From the NCBI RefSeq assembly GCF_009914755.1, contig NC_060936.1: 64,000 nucleotides of DNA, one strand, 5' to 3'. Below the pieces are notes generated by a model, which saw nothing but the letters and a program-made list of their open reading frames with translations, was not told the origin of the DNA and searched no databases. Positions 12,168-27,052 of the stretch are shown piece after piece (position 1 is the first letter of the stretch; each line of letters opens with the position of its first letter). A program made the position numbers and the translations under genes. This DNA is from the human T2T-CHM13v2.0 reference genome, Homo sapiens.

Positions 12168-12325
12168 TATATATGTACACATATATATGTATATATATTT
12201 ATATATGTACACATATATATGTATATATATTTATATATGTACACATATATATGTATATATATTTATATATGTACACATATATATGTATATATATTTATAT
12301 ATGTACACATATATATGTATATATA
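12168..12325. repeat. 32-bp minisatellite, 5 copies (TATATATGTACACATATATATGTATATATATT)
   Basis: Near-identical tandem copies read directly. Confidence 0.9.
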
Positions 12326-15300
12326 AATACTCATAAAGCTTGAGTTATTTTATATTCATCATATTTATGATTTCATATTCATCAACGTGTTCTTGAATCA
12401 GAATTTATCATGCTAGAATTTGAAGATTATCTTTCATAAGGCACAAATTTTTACAAACCTAATTTTTTATTACTACTATATATTTAATTATAAAATCAGT
12501 AAATTTAAGTTTTTATACTACATTTGTTGCATATATACTCTGACTGGAAATTTTTCTAGAACTGTAGTGATTAAGATGAAAATGTAAAGATTCCATTAAA
12601 AGAATCACCACTCAATCTGTTTTTTTCCATCGAGAAAAATTGTCTTCAAGCACCCAAAGATAGAGTTTAAATATGCCAAAGGGGATATAAATATAACCAC
12701 ACATTTCTCCTATAGCTCAGAAGCTGAGATGCCCTATGAAAACAAGGACACGGGGAAGAAATAGGATTAGTTTTATTGCTCAAATAATTGCTGCTTTTTA
12801 GATTGTATTTCTCATTTTGGTTTGTATTTGGCTGTATGAATGAACTTATTAGATGTTAGTCCAGTCTCCATGAGTACATACTTTCCATCTGTTGTGCAAG
12901 ATAGTTTATATTAACAGATTATTTGAGATGGAAGTACCCATGTCTCTAAATTTTGTTGGTTATGCTGATTGTTCCTAATATGTAGTACTGGAACTACCTG
13001 AGTGAGGGAGATTGGGGTAGATCTCTCTGAGAAGGTAACATTTGAGCTGGACCTGAATAATGTAAATTAGTGAGATATGCAAGTTATGACAGAGTTCAGA
13101 AGGAGGAACTTGTGGCTACTAATCTCGTACAAGAAGTGGAAAGAATTTAGAAAGGATTTGGAAGAAATAAGGAGAATAAAAAATGTCTAAGTCTCTTATT
13201 AAACTGGCCTTAGAGGGGTAACTCGTCATTGATAACTTGAAAACTTGATATTTTCAAATTAAACAGTTCTGAATCCCATTAGTAAGCAAATGTATTTTAG
13301 AAGTTGTCACTCTCTGAGGAGGAAGATTCTAGTGTATGAAGGGCTTTCTCATTATAAATGGTCTCTTCCTAAGCAGGTGTTTATGGATTCATTTGATTCT
13401 TAAATCATTCAACTCTTCCAGTTACTTTTTCTAAGAGTTGCTGTGTAGTGAAATTTCACCTCTAAAAGAAAACCAAGATGATAGCATGGAGCAACCCTTG
13501 AACATTTCTTGGGTAGTGGATGAAAAATATCTGAACTATTATGTCAGTATCAAATGAGGATGACTAGACTGACATTGTGTTTAGAAGTTGTTGGCCCCAT
13601 ACCCATGTCGATTGTCTTCCTTGGTGGCATAGAGTTTATTCTTATACTCTACTTCAGTTTATATAGTTGTTACCTGTGCCATAAGTTCATGGGATATTTG
13701 AAACCTACCTCAGGTAATCATTAGGTGTGAGAGTTTAATTTCTGTAAGCTGATTTACCCCTTACCTGATTACCAACTTTTAGCAGAAGATAATGAGGATA
13801 TGAGAGAGAGAAAGACACTATATTTTCAAATTATTTTAAAATTTACTTTTGTAATTAGTGTTACTTTGGTTTTTCTTTTTTTAAGTCATGAACAAATGGT
13901 ATGTGCTATACCAAAATAAATGAATTTGGAAATTTGGGAAAAAGTGAGAAAGGAGGTTTTCATTATCCTTAATTTTTGCCTCTGTTTAAACTTGGGATTT
14001 AATGTGCAGTTGTGCTTTTCTCGTACTAGTATTTTTCTGATCTGAACAATTTGTATTAAATGACCTAGGCAATAAAAATCAGTAGTCAACTGATGAAACA
14101 TTTGCATGCATCATGTCGTACAGCACTGTTAGGTACTGTATGGAAAAGAGATTGGTAGGAGATCTGTTTCTTAACCGTTAAAAGAACTACTTTAAATATG
14201 TGTGATGAGTAAATTGGTACCAATTTACGGTATTCAGAACACCTCAATGCTGGATTTAGTTGTTTGAACATAAGCCTGTTTACTAGAGTGAATGCTGGGA
14301 AACTAGGTTAAGTCAAGGTCAAGGCTGGCACTTTGAAGAAGAGAGTGGTCAAAGTTTTAAATGGCACTGAGAAGTAAAGTAACATAAGGGCTGAAAAATT
14401 ACAAATATCACAATTAGATCTTTAGTCATTATCACAAATATTGCTGAGGAATGTGCTGAAACGTTATTTGGTGGAGAGTACTTTGGAGGCCCTCACTGGA
14501 TTTTTTCTGTGGCTTTTTAATGAAGCATTGTTCTTGACCTATAGTATAGAGATAACGTGAAAAGAGAATCAGGATTAATTGAGATTTAGGATTCCCCTTG
14601 ATTTAAAGACGTTTATTAGCTCTCACGAAGTAGTGGAGCATTGATCCGCAGTCTACCTCAGCTTCTTTTCCTAAAACGTGGTTTGGGCAGAATTGAGAAA
14701 GTTAAACTTGTCATCAGTGACATTTGGGGAAAACTGGGCAGAATTTTACAAGGAACTTGTGAGAATTGCCCTATTTGTAACCTATTCTTTTCCTTAAATG
14801 AATAGTTTCTCTTTAACAGGGCATCCTTTTTAAATGTAAAATTTAGATTACATCTTAGATTTGCGCTTTTATAACTACTGCTACCTCTAACTGAAATCGC
14901 CTCTTGAAACAGTCAGGTCAGCTGTCAGTTTGTTAAGCCTTTTCCAGATTCCCCCAGGCATTTAGCCATTTCCTCTTCTGTGCTCTACAAATGAGGTTGT
15001 GTTATAATGATCTGTTTACAGCTCTTTCTCCTTCTTATTAAACTGTCACTTCAGGCTGTTAGGGCCTTGAGAGCAGGGACCTTATCTTATGGCCCCCTTC
15101 ACAACTGTGTTTTCCCTGTGGCAGTCCTTCTGTAAACGGTGGCTGTATTAAAGGGCCTGACCTTCACAGGTTCTACAGAAGCTGTGCAGGGTGCTGGTAA
15201 CTTCATAAGCCAAACACTTGGTTGACTTGATGCCTCTTAGTATCCCTCATAAGCTTCCAGAGTCTCTTGACACATCCCTGCTGATTCGATGTATTGTTTT

Positions 15301-16189
15301 TCTCCTGGCAGCCATATGCAGAACCACCATACCACTGTGTGATTATGCAAACATTGTGCTGCAATTTTATTACAAAAATGTCTGCCTTCAAATGGGGTGA
15401 TCTTATAGCATATGCAACAGTGAATACACCTAAACCAACTCTGCCAGGATAATACAAAATTCCTTCTCAGTAAGTTTTAGAGGTGTTTTGTTACAGCTGT
15501 CTGATGAGAACAGTGAAGGCTTTATTATATAATAGAAGATCAAATTGATTTGGGGGTAAGGATAGTAAGCTTACTATATTTTAATCTTCATACAGTATTT
15601 ATAGGTTATGGTTTATGTTTTTTATTATCTTTTAGTTTCTCTGATTTATGTTTTTTAAAGGGGGCTGTCGTTGGCTTTTAGAACTGTGGAAAAGTTGTTT
15701 CATTGACTTCTTTTTCATGTTTCTGAGAATGGATTTGTTTTCTTTTATTGTATGAGGAGTTTAAACTTGAACATATTTGAAACTAACAAAGCCTTCACTG
15801 AAAAAAATGAGAAGGATCATGAATCACTACTTCTCTAAAACATATGCAAACCCTTCTGGTTATAGCAAACTGTGTTGGCTTGCTTATCTATATTTCAAAT
15901 TACATGATGAAATAATTTTGTTTTCTCAACTTGAGATGCTATTTTTAATTTTTGTTACAGCAGTTTCATATGAAAGGAATTTGTTTTAGCACCAGTTATG
16001 TTGCGTGCTAGATTTAGTTGTAAGACAACTCAGATTGAGGTATCTAAAAATTTTTATATCAGTAGCATTCTAACAAGGTATGTACAATATGTTTTGTAAA
16101 ATGGTTTGCCCATACACTGTTAAAAATCCCCATTTTGGGTAAAGGGCATGAACTGTAGAAGAAATACAGTCAGCCACTAAATGTCAGTC

Positions 16190-16440
16190 AGCATTTAATT
16201 AAACACTTACAATGTGGTAAGCACTGTTCTAATTGCTTGACATGGTTTTTCTCATACAATAATCAGAAAAATCTCATGAGTATTACATTATTATGTTTAT
16301 TTTCTGAGTAAGGAAATGGAGTCACGGGGAGGCTAAGTAACCTGCCTGTGGTCAGAAAACTGTTGAGAAAAGGAGCTGGGCTTGAACTGGGGTCATCTGA
16401 CTTCATAGCTGATGTGCTTTTGACCTTTAAGCTGTACTGC
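16190..16440 (-). mobile_element. MIR
   Basis: aaggaaatggagtcacgggaggctaagtaacctgcc...gagctgggcttgaac. Confidence 0.65.
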
Positions 16441-16939
16441 TTTCTGTGTGAATAGGCATATGAAGAAAGGTTTAACCTCACTTTAAATTAAAACATACAC
16501 ACACACAATTAAAACAGTGCAATGGCTTTCTTGCAAAGAAGAAAAATAATTGTCAGTATTCAATATGAGCTGAAATGTGGGGAAAGGAGAAATTTAATGC
16601 ACTGAGGTACAAATATACATTGTTACCTCTTTTTGGAGGATAGTGTGTGTAAATGTTGAAAACATGCACGTGTTTTGACCTATCCATTCCACTTCTGAGA
16701 ATTATCCTACATAGCTAAACACAGAAAAGCACAAAGATATCTGAGCAGTCATCACAAAAGGAAAGTTAGGAATGTAATTGCTGACATGGAAACCTGTCCA
16801 CAGCATATTATTGAGCAAAAGAAAGCATGTTGCAAAACATATATAGTTTTATTTCCTTCTGTTGAATAAATACCAACAAACTCTGGTTTGAAATGATGTT
16901 CACCACGATGTTAACAACTCTTACCTTTTCTGCTAGTTA

Positions 16940-17165
16940 GTATACGTTGGTAATCAAATGTCTGGGCAGCGCAGGCACTCTACCTGGGTTTGAATCCTAT
17001 TTAATCACTTATTAGCATTGTGACTGTGGGCAAATTACTTAACTACTTTGTGCCTTAGTTACTTCAGTAAAATGGAGATCACTACTATAGAATCTATCTT
17101 GTTGGGTTATGAGGCTCACATGAATTTGTAAAGTGCTTAACATAGTAAGTGATCAATAAAACTGA
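16940..17165 (+). mobile_element. MIR
   Basis: cctgggtttgaatcc...gggcaaattacttaac...gtaaaatggag. Confidence 0.75.
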
Positions 17166-17553
17166 GCAACCATCATCATCGTTTCTGGGTGGTGGAATTC
17201 CAGGCAATTTTAGCCTTTTGTATACCTTTTATTGCTTGAATTTTTGAAACAAATATATATCATCTTGGAAAAAACAGGAAAAACTGTTTTTAGAGTCATT
17301 TTAGTTGGGGTGCTTACAGTTTAAACAAGAAATATGCATTTATTTAGAGCTAAGTTTATTTTAATACTCAGTAAACGTTTTCTTCAGTAACTATTTGCAT
17401 CCATATATCTTAGTGTTTTATCCTATGCTATATGCCAATTTTAAGGGAATTGAAATCATATTTTACTCTTATGGCTGGAAGGCATGCATAATCACAACAG
17501 ATTCTTCCTGGAGGAGCTGCCTTAATTTGCGGCTGCAATGACATGTTCTGATG

Positions 17554-17561
17554 TGACGTCA
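17554..17561. promoter_or_regulatory. Full palindromic CRE (CREB/ATF/CREM site)
   Basis: TGACGTCA with intact CpG in CpG-poor, non-repeat intron, ~190 bp upstream of a strong donor (CTG|GTGAGT, 17747/17748). Confidence 0.5.
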
Positions 17562-20500
17562 GTCTGGTGTCAGACTTCCAGAGTGGCAGGCCAGCCTCAC
17601 AACCACAGTGTATTTCCTCAGTGCTTCATCCCCACAGTGCTCACTGAGAACAGCTCAAAGACAAAGCAGTTGAGTCTTATTTTTACTCCAGTGTTCTTTT
17701 TGCCTGTAATTGAATATCCTTTTAAGAATTGATTTTGATGAAGGCTGGTGAGTAATTCTTGTTACTTTAATGTATTAATAATAAATAGCTAATAGCTAAG
17801 TGAACAGTAGTCCTTTTCCTCAGTTAATGATCCTATGGCAAATAATCTTGGTAGCTCTGGTGCCAGGCATAATATCTAGTGCAAAGGATTTACATACTAT
17901 AAATATTTTTATAAACAAAGTATTGTTTTGTTGTAGAAATATAAGTATATTCATTAGGTTTGCAAATGCTTGAACATTTTAAGATTTGAGCATTGGGAAT
18001 GTCTTCCTCTTAGTCTCTCCTTAACTTTAGGCTACATGAATACATAGTAGTCACAAATTGCTTTAAAACCTAAAGATTTTTATTTAAAATCTTATTGTTC
18101 CTTATTTTTAACTTACTCACAGAAGATGCTTGATTTGCCCCTAGACCTCCAAAGATAATTAGATGAATAATTCCTCAGATGTTCCTGTGGAGGTACTAAC
18201 AGTATGCATTATGTAATTTTTTTAAGGTATATCGATACTAGTCTAAACTTATTAATAGAAGCTGCTATGTCTTTAATTCTTCAATTATTTGGGCCATATC
18301 AGTGATATGATTCAAAGTAGGAATGTTTATTGACTTAAAATTTAAGAGCAATATAATGGCAGGAGATTATATATTACAGATCGTATTTTATTTAGCATTT
18401 AAAGAAATTAAGAAGTTTCTTAATTTTTTAAAGAAATTAAGAGTTCTGCTATTAATTGTAGAGGCCAGGCAAGATTTATTATTAATAATATCAATTCATG
18501 TTTCTTTGAATTGTACTATGTAAATTGATTTTGTTGTTTTAAAAGCATTAGTTTAAAAAGTAGGTTATGTTGGGTAAGCTTTTTCTTTTGTTTTTAGACA
18601 TAGCTATTTTGCTTATAAATTCTTTTTCCCTATTTCATAGGGATGAATGATATTATTGTAATTTCATTCTATTTATATTGTACAAACAAAAGCCTACAAA
18701 GTCTTACATTTTGCTATTTCTCGCATAATTGTTTTCTTGCATTTTCAGCAGCAGCATTGTGATTTCAAGGTCTTTTAGAAGAATTTCCAAAGTTTTTTCT
18801 TAAAGAATAAAAAAAGATTAGTTTTTTTCTTATAATTGTGCTACTCTAGTTTTTTGTTTGTTTGCTACTCTAGTTTTCAAGTCTAGATGAGGAAAACATG
18901 ATATGGAAATTCTTACTAAATATGTTAAATATTTTCACTTCAGTTTTCTGAAGCAGTTGAAGAATGACTTGCTGTACATATTTTTTGTGAATAATATAGT
19001 TAGGTATTGAAGTGATCTAAATCAGCTTTTTATATGTGAATGTAAAAAGAATAACAAGTTTTAGGAATTAACACTAACTGCTTCATATTATGACTCCCAG
19101 TATATTATACATCTATACTTAGAAGCATTGAAATATAGAAGTAGGGTTTCAAGTTTGCTCTATTTGACTTGACAGTCCTAATTTAAGAGCCACAATTTTT
19201 TCCTTAAGTTGCAGAATTTTCAGATTCCAACTAAGATTCTACCCAATTTAACTATACAGAGGAATATTTCTATTCCCTTTTAAAATTTATCTTGAATCCG
19301 CTGAAAATGTTTTAACGTGGCTTTAAGTCTGTATTTTAAACTTAATCGGTAAGTTACTGTGGTGATGATGAATTGGAATATTCAGTATACATTTTAAACA
19401 AAGATGTTTTTGAGACATTATGACATCATAGGTCATGGGTTGCTACTAAAGTTCAAGTGAAGAGAAACTATTTCAACTTTTTTTTGTATGAACAGGAAAT
19501 TAAATCTGGCCAAAAAAAAAAAAAAAAAAAGGAAGAGGGCAATGAGCAGAGCTGTGGGGATAACTTGAAATTAACATAAAAGTTTTACTCAAGAATAAAG
19601 CAGTAAAACAGAGCACTTGTCTGTTTTCCAGTGAATAAGGTATGCTTTGAGGAACGCTTTCCACCAATACTATAGACTGCTTGAAAAAGTGTAATTGTGC
19701 TACTCTTCTTTGTTTGAAGTTTAGCCTAGTAAACTCAGATGGAATAGTATTTCTTAAGGCCCTTATAGTCTTAAACTATATTTTTGTTCCCTTGTGGTAG
19801 ACAGTACAAAACGTTGTATATATAGGATGCTTAATAAATAATTTCAACACGAAGAAATGAATTGGCAAAGCAAGTTAAATACGAGGAGGATATCTTGATC
19901 TTTGCATTGTAGAGATTCCATCTTCACTCTGATGATCAAAACCTGCTAGTTAACTAGCCTGTTGATAGCATGCCCTGCGTTGTACTCTGCTGGAAGGAAA
20001 TGTGTCTCCAGAGTGAAATATTGCCATCACAGTGTCCTGTAGTGGCCATTGGATTTCCCCCCATGTCTCCAGTTATTGCCCACTCTGCTCACAATGTCAC
20101 TGCTATTGGAAACTGGGTTACTTACCCTGCTATTCTGGATTGAATTTCTGTCCCCCTCGTGCCTCATCTGCAAGTGAGAAATTTCTCAGTGCTTGAGGAT
20201 AATGATTTGTTGACTAAACTGAACCTAAATTAGGTGTTATGTGCATCACATAAAGTGCATTACTATCTGGGCCTTTTCAGAGTTTTAACAAATATATTAT
20301 TTTGGAATTGAAGTAAAAGAAAACCTAGGAGGGGAGCAAATACATTGTTTCAAAACTTATATAACACATTTTATATACATAAACATATTGTTAGTCAAAG
20401 CCTAGATTTTCAACCACATTTCTTTGTGCCCTAGCCAGCTTCAATCTGTGCTGAACTCCAGCCACATCTGACTAATCCCGCTGATTCCACCAGGCTCAAT

Positions 20501-21151
20501 TCAAATGGTAGCCACTTCCGTGATGCCTTCTCTGCTCTTTTCCTTTCTAAGCAAGATCAATCCCTAATCGGTTTCCCCTTTGTATTTTGTTTATGGTTAT
20601 GAGACTCTTCATGTTTATTTATTTGTATTTGTGATATTATTAAGGCTGTGTCACCAGTGCCTAGCACATATAGAATGAATAAAAGTGTTTGTTATGCTAC
20701 AAGATAGCTATTTTGAAAGAAAGCCAAACGTTTTTTACAAAATCTTTTTGTATCATAGGAATATCATTTGACTTATGAGTCAGCTCCTTTTTTATTCTTG
20801 AAGAAATTGTTTAAAGCTCATGCAGTATATGAAAATGAATACTGCACGATAAGGAATAAGTGATTAGCAGTTTTTCCCCTTTTGAATTGAACTGTTACTC
20901 TGTCAGTTTGACTCTACTGGAAAGAATGTGTTTTATCTACAATAAAATAATTGGATCTCTTTAAATTGTGTGGCAATTTATGTATAGGTTATAATTTGGT
21001 TAACTTTCTAAAGTGGAGTGTGACCACACGCAAAAGAGTGGATACTTAAACTTTTTCTAATTTGCCTTTTGCTTCCTTCCCAAAGGTATAATAAACTTCT
21101 ATATAATGCATGTTACAATAAAATATTACAAATTAGCATTCATTAGGGAGT

Positions 21152-21461
21152 TTTTTTTTTTTTTTTTTTAAAGACAGGGTCTTGCTGTTGCCCAGGCTGG
21201 AGCATAATGGCACCATCATAGCTCACTGCAGCCTTGAACGCCTAAGCTTAAGGGATCCTCCCACCTCAGCTTCCTGAGTAACTGGGACTACAGGGATGCA
21301 CCACCTCACCTGGCTAAGTTTTAATATTATTATTATTAATTATTATTATTATTATTTTTTTTTAAGAGACAGGGCCTTTCTTTATTGCCCAGGCTAGCCT
21401 CAAACTCCTGGCCTAAAGCAGTCCTCTCACTTCAGCTTCCCAAAGTGCTGGGATTACAGGC
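21152..21461 (-). mobile_element. AluJ
   Basis: Poly-T then antisense dimeric Alu with (ATT)n-expanded linker. Confidence 0.9.
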
Positions 21462-22183
21462 TGTGTATATTTTTGAATGCCATGTTATTGCTTTTAAATG
21501 ACGAGAATATTTCTGATTATTGAAATGTTTCTGAGTTAGGGTTCTGCCCAGTTTTATTTTGAAAGTCAGTAAGACTCTTGTGACACAATATTTTTATACA
21601 AGTGACTCTGCAACTTTTCGAGTAAGTATTCTTTTTAACCCGCTAAAATATACCCTGTGAGCATTTTTATTCTGTTATGTGGCTTTATAAGTGCTTTTTC
21701 CATATATCATTCAACAGTAAACTTTAACCTTGGATCACATTATCAGTGTTCCTTATTCATTAAATTACAGTTGTATGCAAGCCATTATACTTCACATTAA
21801 AGATGATGCAGAGAACCAACAATTATTTAAAGCAAGGAAGTGACATAATTTACTTGTTTTTAAGAAATCTGATTCTACTAACACATTCAAGTTCAGCTGT
21901 TATATGGTGAGGACTCTATTAGATCCAGCTAATATACCTTGATGTGTAACCAGATAATTTATCCTTTTAAAGGGGTAGGGGTTTTGTTGTGCTGCTGGTT
22001 TGGTTTTTTGGTTTTAATTCCTATTCTACAGAAAGAAGCTGAAGCTCAGCTTGGAGGATAGACTCAATAGTGAAGAGTCTTGTTACAATGAGGTGGATTC
22101 AGATGCTGTTAAGAGAGTCTTATGTTGTACACGATAAATACATACTGTCTTAATTTTTCAGTTGAAAAATAAATTGTAAAAAT

Positions 22184-22490
22184 AGCTGGGTGTGATAGGC
22201 TCATGCCTGTAATCCCAGCACTATGGGAAGCCGAGGCGGGCGGATCACTTGAGGCTAGGAGTTCAAGACCAGCCTGGCCAACATGGTAAAACCCCGTCTC
22301 TACTAAAAATACACAGATTAGCTGGGCATGGTTGTGGTGCCTGTAATCCCATCTACTTGGGAGGTTGAGGCAGGAGAATCACTTGAACCCAGGAGTTAGA
22401 GGTTGCAGTGAGCCCAAAATCACACCACTGTACTCCAGCCTGCCTGGGTAATAGAGTGAGATTCCATCTAAAAAAAAAAAAGAAAAGAAA
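22184..22490 (+). mobile_element. AluS
   Basis: Full dimer, A tail, TSD-like aaaaataaattgtaaa on both sides. Confidence 0.9.
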
Positions 22491-22807
22491 AATAAATTGT
22501 AAAGATAAATACATACAATTTTTTTTTTAAAAAGAGTCTTAGAACCATATGCGCCTGCACAGTGGCTGAGATGTTATTAGCAGTCAATATCACTTAATTC
22601 TTGAATACTTGGCAGAAAATTACTTTGGCAAATTAGTGTGTACATTTTAAGAATCATATTTCTGTTTTAACCATATAGTACCAGTTAACCTTCCCATTCT
22701 CTTAAATGGTTAAGTTCAGATTCACTCAAATTACTTACAGGTGAAAGAATTATCTAAATTATGTTAAGCACTTTTGCTTTTAATTTATCAAGTGATCTAA
22801 AATGTAA

Positions 22808-23257
<450 letters not shown>

Positions 23258-26208
23258 TAGATTCTCAGTGTGTATGCTGGTTTTATTTAAGAGAGCTTTT
23301 AAGAAAGATAACTTAGAAATTATCAGTGAAAAACCAAATCCTAAAACAGGTGAGTTGGCATGTGAGCTTTTTATGTTTTGAACATTTAATTTTTTTCCCC
23401 TTAATGTTCTTAATGTCTATAATAATGGTTTTAGCTTTGTACTTACAGTGTTACATCATACTCATATTTTCTCACTGGGGTTTAAGTCATCTCTTCTGAG
23501 TCAAGCAAGATTTTCAGTTCCTGTTGGGTGCAACACATGCTTTATAATTGTTATTATTTGTATTTAAATTCTTTGATACCTGTAATGGTAGAAATGTGAG
23601 GTAACATTTCTAAATCTGTTTTGGAGGTAATTTTGTCTGAACAGCTAAGAGTAGGAAATGATTATGAAGCTTCCAAGGATGAGAGGCATTGGGTTTAAAA
23701 TTAAACTGGAATTGGGAAAGCTTTCATTACTGTGCTTCAGATAGAAATGATCCTGGGGTGATGGTAGGCAGTGAGATGAGAGGAGGAGGGAAGAGGAGCA
23801 GTGAGAGAGGCAGCATGTGCATGGCACATCTGCTGTCAGTGGAAGAAGGAAAGGGCCTCTAAGGAAAGTATGGCTTTATTCTGTTCTAGTGTCATTGAAC
23901 AGAAGATGAAAGGCAGAACTGAGAAGTCTCATTGGCTGTGGAAGAGTTGGAGAAAGGGGCAGCTGTTGAAAGGTTGGGATCTGAAAAGGAAAGCAGCTCA
24001 AGCCTTGGAGGCACTCCTACTTGGAGTATGACTTCTGGCAACTTTCTAAATGCTATGAGCCTCGGTTTATGTATTCATAAACTGCAAATAATAACACCTA
24101 CCTCAAATGGGCTCTGTGAGGATTGTCAAGGCCATTACGTGACAGCTGAATATGTGAGTAGCACTGAAATGCTTAAGGGTAGCTGTTATGGTGGTGATCA
24201 TAATATTTATTGCTGGAGGTGAGGTTGAGTGAGGTTTTCACACCTGATTAATCCCTTCCTTTCTCCCAAGAAATTGGAAATTATCCGTTTTCTAAATGAT
24301 GAGAGGAGAAAGAATAGAAATTAAAGGGTTAAGACCTTAAGGAGAATTTGTAGATGGTGGGTAAATGAAACATTGAGGTTTGAGCAGGATGTCTGGAAGC
24401 AGTTAGTTCTAAGTTAAAGGCAAATGACATTTAGAACTAAATGTGGGGAAAGGAAATATATACTTTTCATGTTTTACCCCTCAAAAAAAATTACAGTCTT
24501 TGAGATTGCTAACTCAGTGGTTATTTCTTCACATAAAAAAGCCTCAAGAATTCAGTTTCAAGAAAGGCAAAGCACTTTTAATGTTTTTCTTTTGTTCTTA
24601 AAACATTGCCTTTAATTGTAGGCACAATTTTCTATGCCAGCGTATTTTCAGTTTAAAAATAAATTGCAGAAACTGTCTTTGTGGCAGCCAGATTTCAACA
24701 GGACATTTTTCTCCTTTTTATTACAATGAAAGTAAATGAAAAGTTATCTATGTGAAACATTAAGAAATTTTATATTTAATAATAATTTTTAAATTACTTG
24801 ACTAGCATAGGCTGAATTGATTTAATAACTAAATGGCTGCTACAAACATGTTTTTTAAACCTAATTAAGATTTGATTGTTTGAGTTGCAAAATTACAAGA
24901 CACTGTGTGATTTCTATTGATGAAATCTCTTCAATTTTAAGGCAAGCTAGAGAGTATAATTGTTTTTAATAGAGTAATGAAACTAAGGCCAACTTAAGAA
25001 GCTAGTAAATTATAGTTAAAAATTATGGTACTCTTTTTGGTTTCACTAGAAGGATACTGAAAACACAAGTTAAAAGCACACATCTGAGCTTTTTGCTGCA
25101 TAGTTTTCTTCATAGAGAAATACAGTAGCTTCCATAGTTTCCACACCTCTTCTGCCCCACTCCAGTCTAACATTATTGTGGATGTGTGGCAGCTTTTGTG
25201 GGTTGGGCCTTTGCAAAAGTCCAAGTCATGATACTGGCCTTTGTTGCCAGGAGTGGCAGAAGAATTGCCAAATGGCAGCTGCCAAACCACTATGCTATTC
25301 TATTTTTCTTAAACTAAATTAAATCTTTTTCTTTTTCCCTTAAGGGAAATACATGATTCAGAGCAAATCATATAAATGGGTACACATGTGAGTTTAGTAA
25401 GAAACAACTGAAATCTCTTCTGTGGGATTCTAAAATATATATTACTCGTTTTGCGCAGTAGATACATTTTCAACGATATTACCATGGTTACATATATGAA
25501 ACACTGCATAATAAAGGTTGCTTTGCCTGACTGTAATGGATCACTCAGAAGAATAGTATTGGCTGTTATTGGCAATATGTTAATAGCAATTTCAATATTC
25601 TTTTAAAAAAGCAGAGTGGATTTTGGATTAAAAAGCAGAGTGGATTTTAACTGCTTTGTCACTGAAGTTGCCCATGAAATAGAGATTTAAAAAAAAACCC
25701 CACCAAAAACACATGCTCCCACAAGGAAGAATTGCATTATGAAAGGTAGTGTGTAGCCAAAACATTAAAACATTTTTCTGAAGGTAGAAACAAAATCTCT
25801 AAAGGTCTGAAGTTCAGGTTAAATTACCCTTTTACCTTCCCAAAGCAAGAAACTAGTAAAACCATTTTCCTCTTTTACCATATAAAACAAGAGAAATCTA
25901 CTTTTGAATATGCTAGCGCAGATATTTTCTTTGGACCATGTGTAAGTTGCTTTGTCTAAGAAAACAGAATATTTCTTAGCTAATAGCCTCTTCCTTCCCC
26001 TTTTTCCTTGCTATTATAATATAACTGCATTTTATTCAGTTTCCTCTAGGTCGGCCACAGACAAAGTTGTGAATTTTGACTGGAGTTAGCTCGCTCACCA
26101 TAGTAGTCCCACTTATTTTGCCGTTGGTTGAATTGGACATAGAATCTCATATCTCTGACTAGTGAGATTCTTGAGAAAGATGGTCAGGGAGATTTTGGGA
26201 AACTTAGA

Positions 26209-26433
26209 GGGCAGATCACCTGAGGTCAGGAGTTCGAGACCAGCCTGGCCAATATGGTGAAACCCCGTCTCTACTAAAAATACAAAAATTAGCCGGGCGT
26301 GGTGGCAGGCGCCTGTAATCCCAGCTACTCGGGAGGCTGAGGCAGGAGAATAGCTTGAACCCGGAGACAGAGCTTGCAGTGAGCCGAGATCACGCCATTG
26401 CACTACTGCCTGGGGAACGAGAGTGAGACTGTC

Positions 26434-26460
<27 letters not shown>
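26209..26460 (+). mobile_element. 5'-truncated AluS
   Basis: Begins gggcagatcacctgaggtc; long A tail. Confidence 0.9.
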
Positions 26461-26464
<4 letters not shown>

Positions 26465-26685
26465 CCTTTTAACTCTAGACTTCGTGGTTCAGAGTATTGC
26501 TTTGTGATACAGCAGCCACCTTGGGCTTGAGAGGATGCCTAACTAAAAGGCACAGGGCAACCCAATAAAGATGGCAGTGCTGCAGTATTAAGCAATCCTG
26601 AGTCATCATCTCTTTGAAATCATAAGTATTATTTTAAAATAGTTCTTTCCGTATGTGGTTTAAAGAATATATCTCATTTACTGCC

Positions 26686-26997
<312 letters not shown>

Positions 26998-27052
26998 TTA
27001 TATATATGTAACATTACTTGAATTTTTAAATGTTTAAATCTAGTACATTTAA

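Noticed and set aside
25606-25648. 19-bp direct repeat AAAAAGCAGAGTGGATTTT (similar small duplication near 18840-18878)
   Set aside because: Simple slippage-type local duplication with no further structure.
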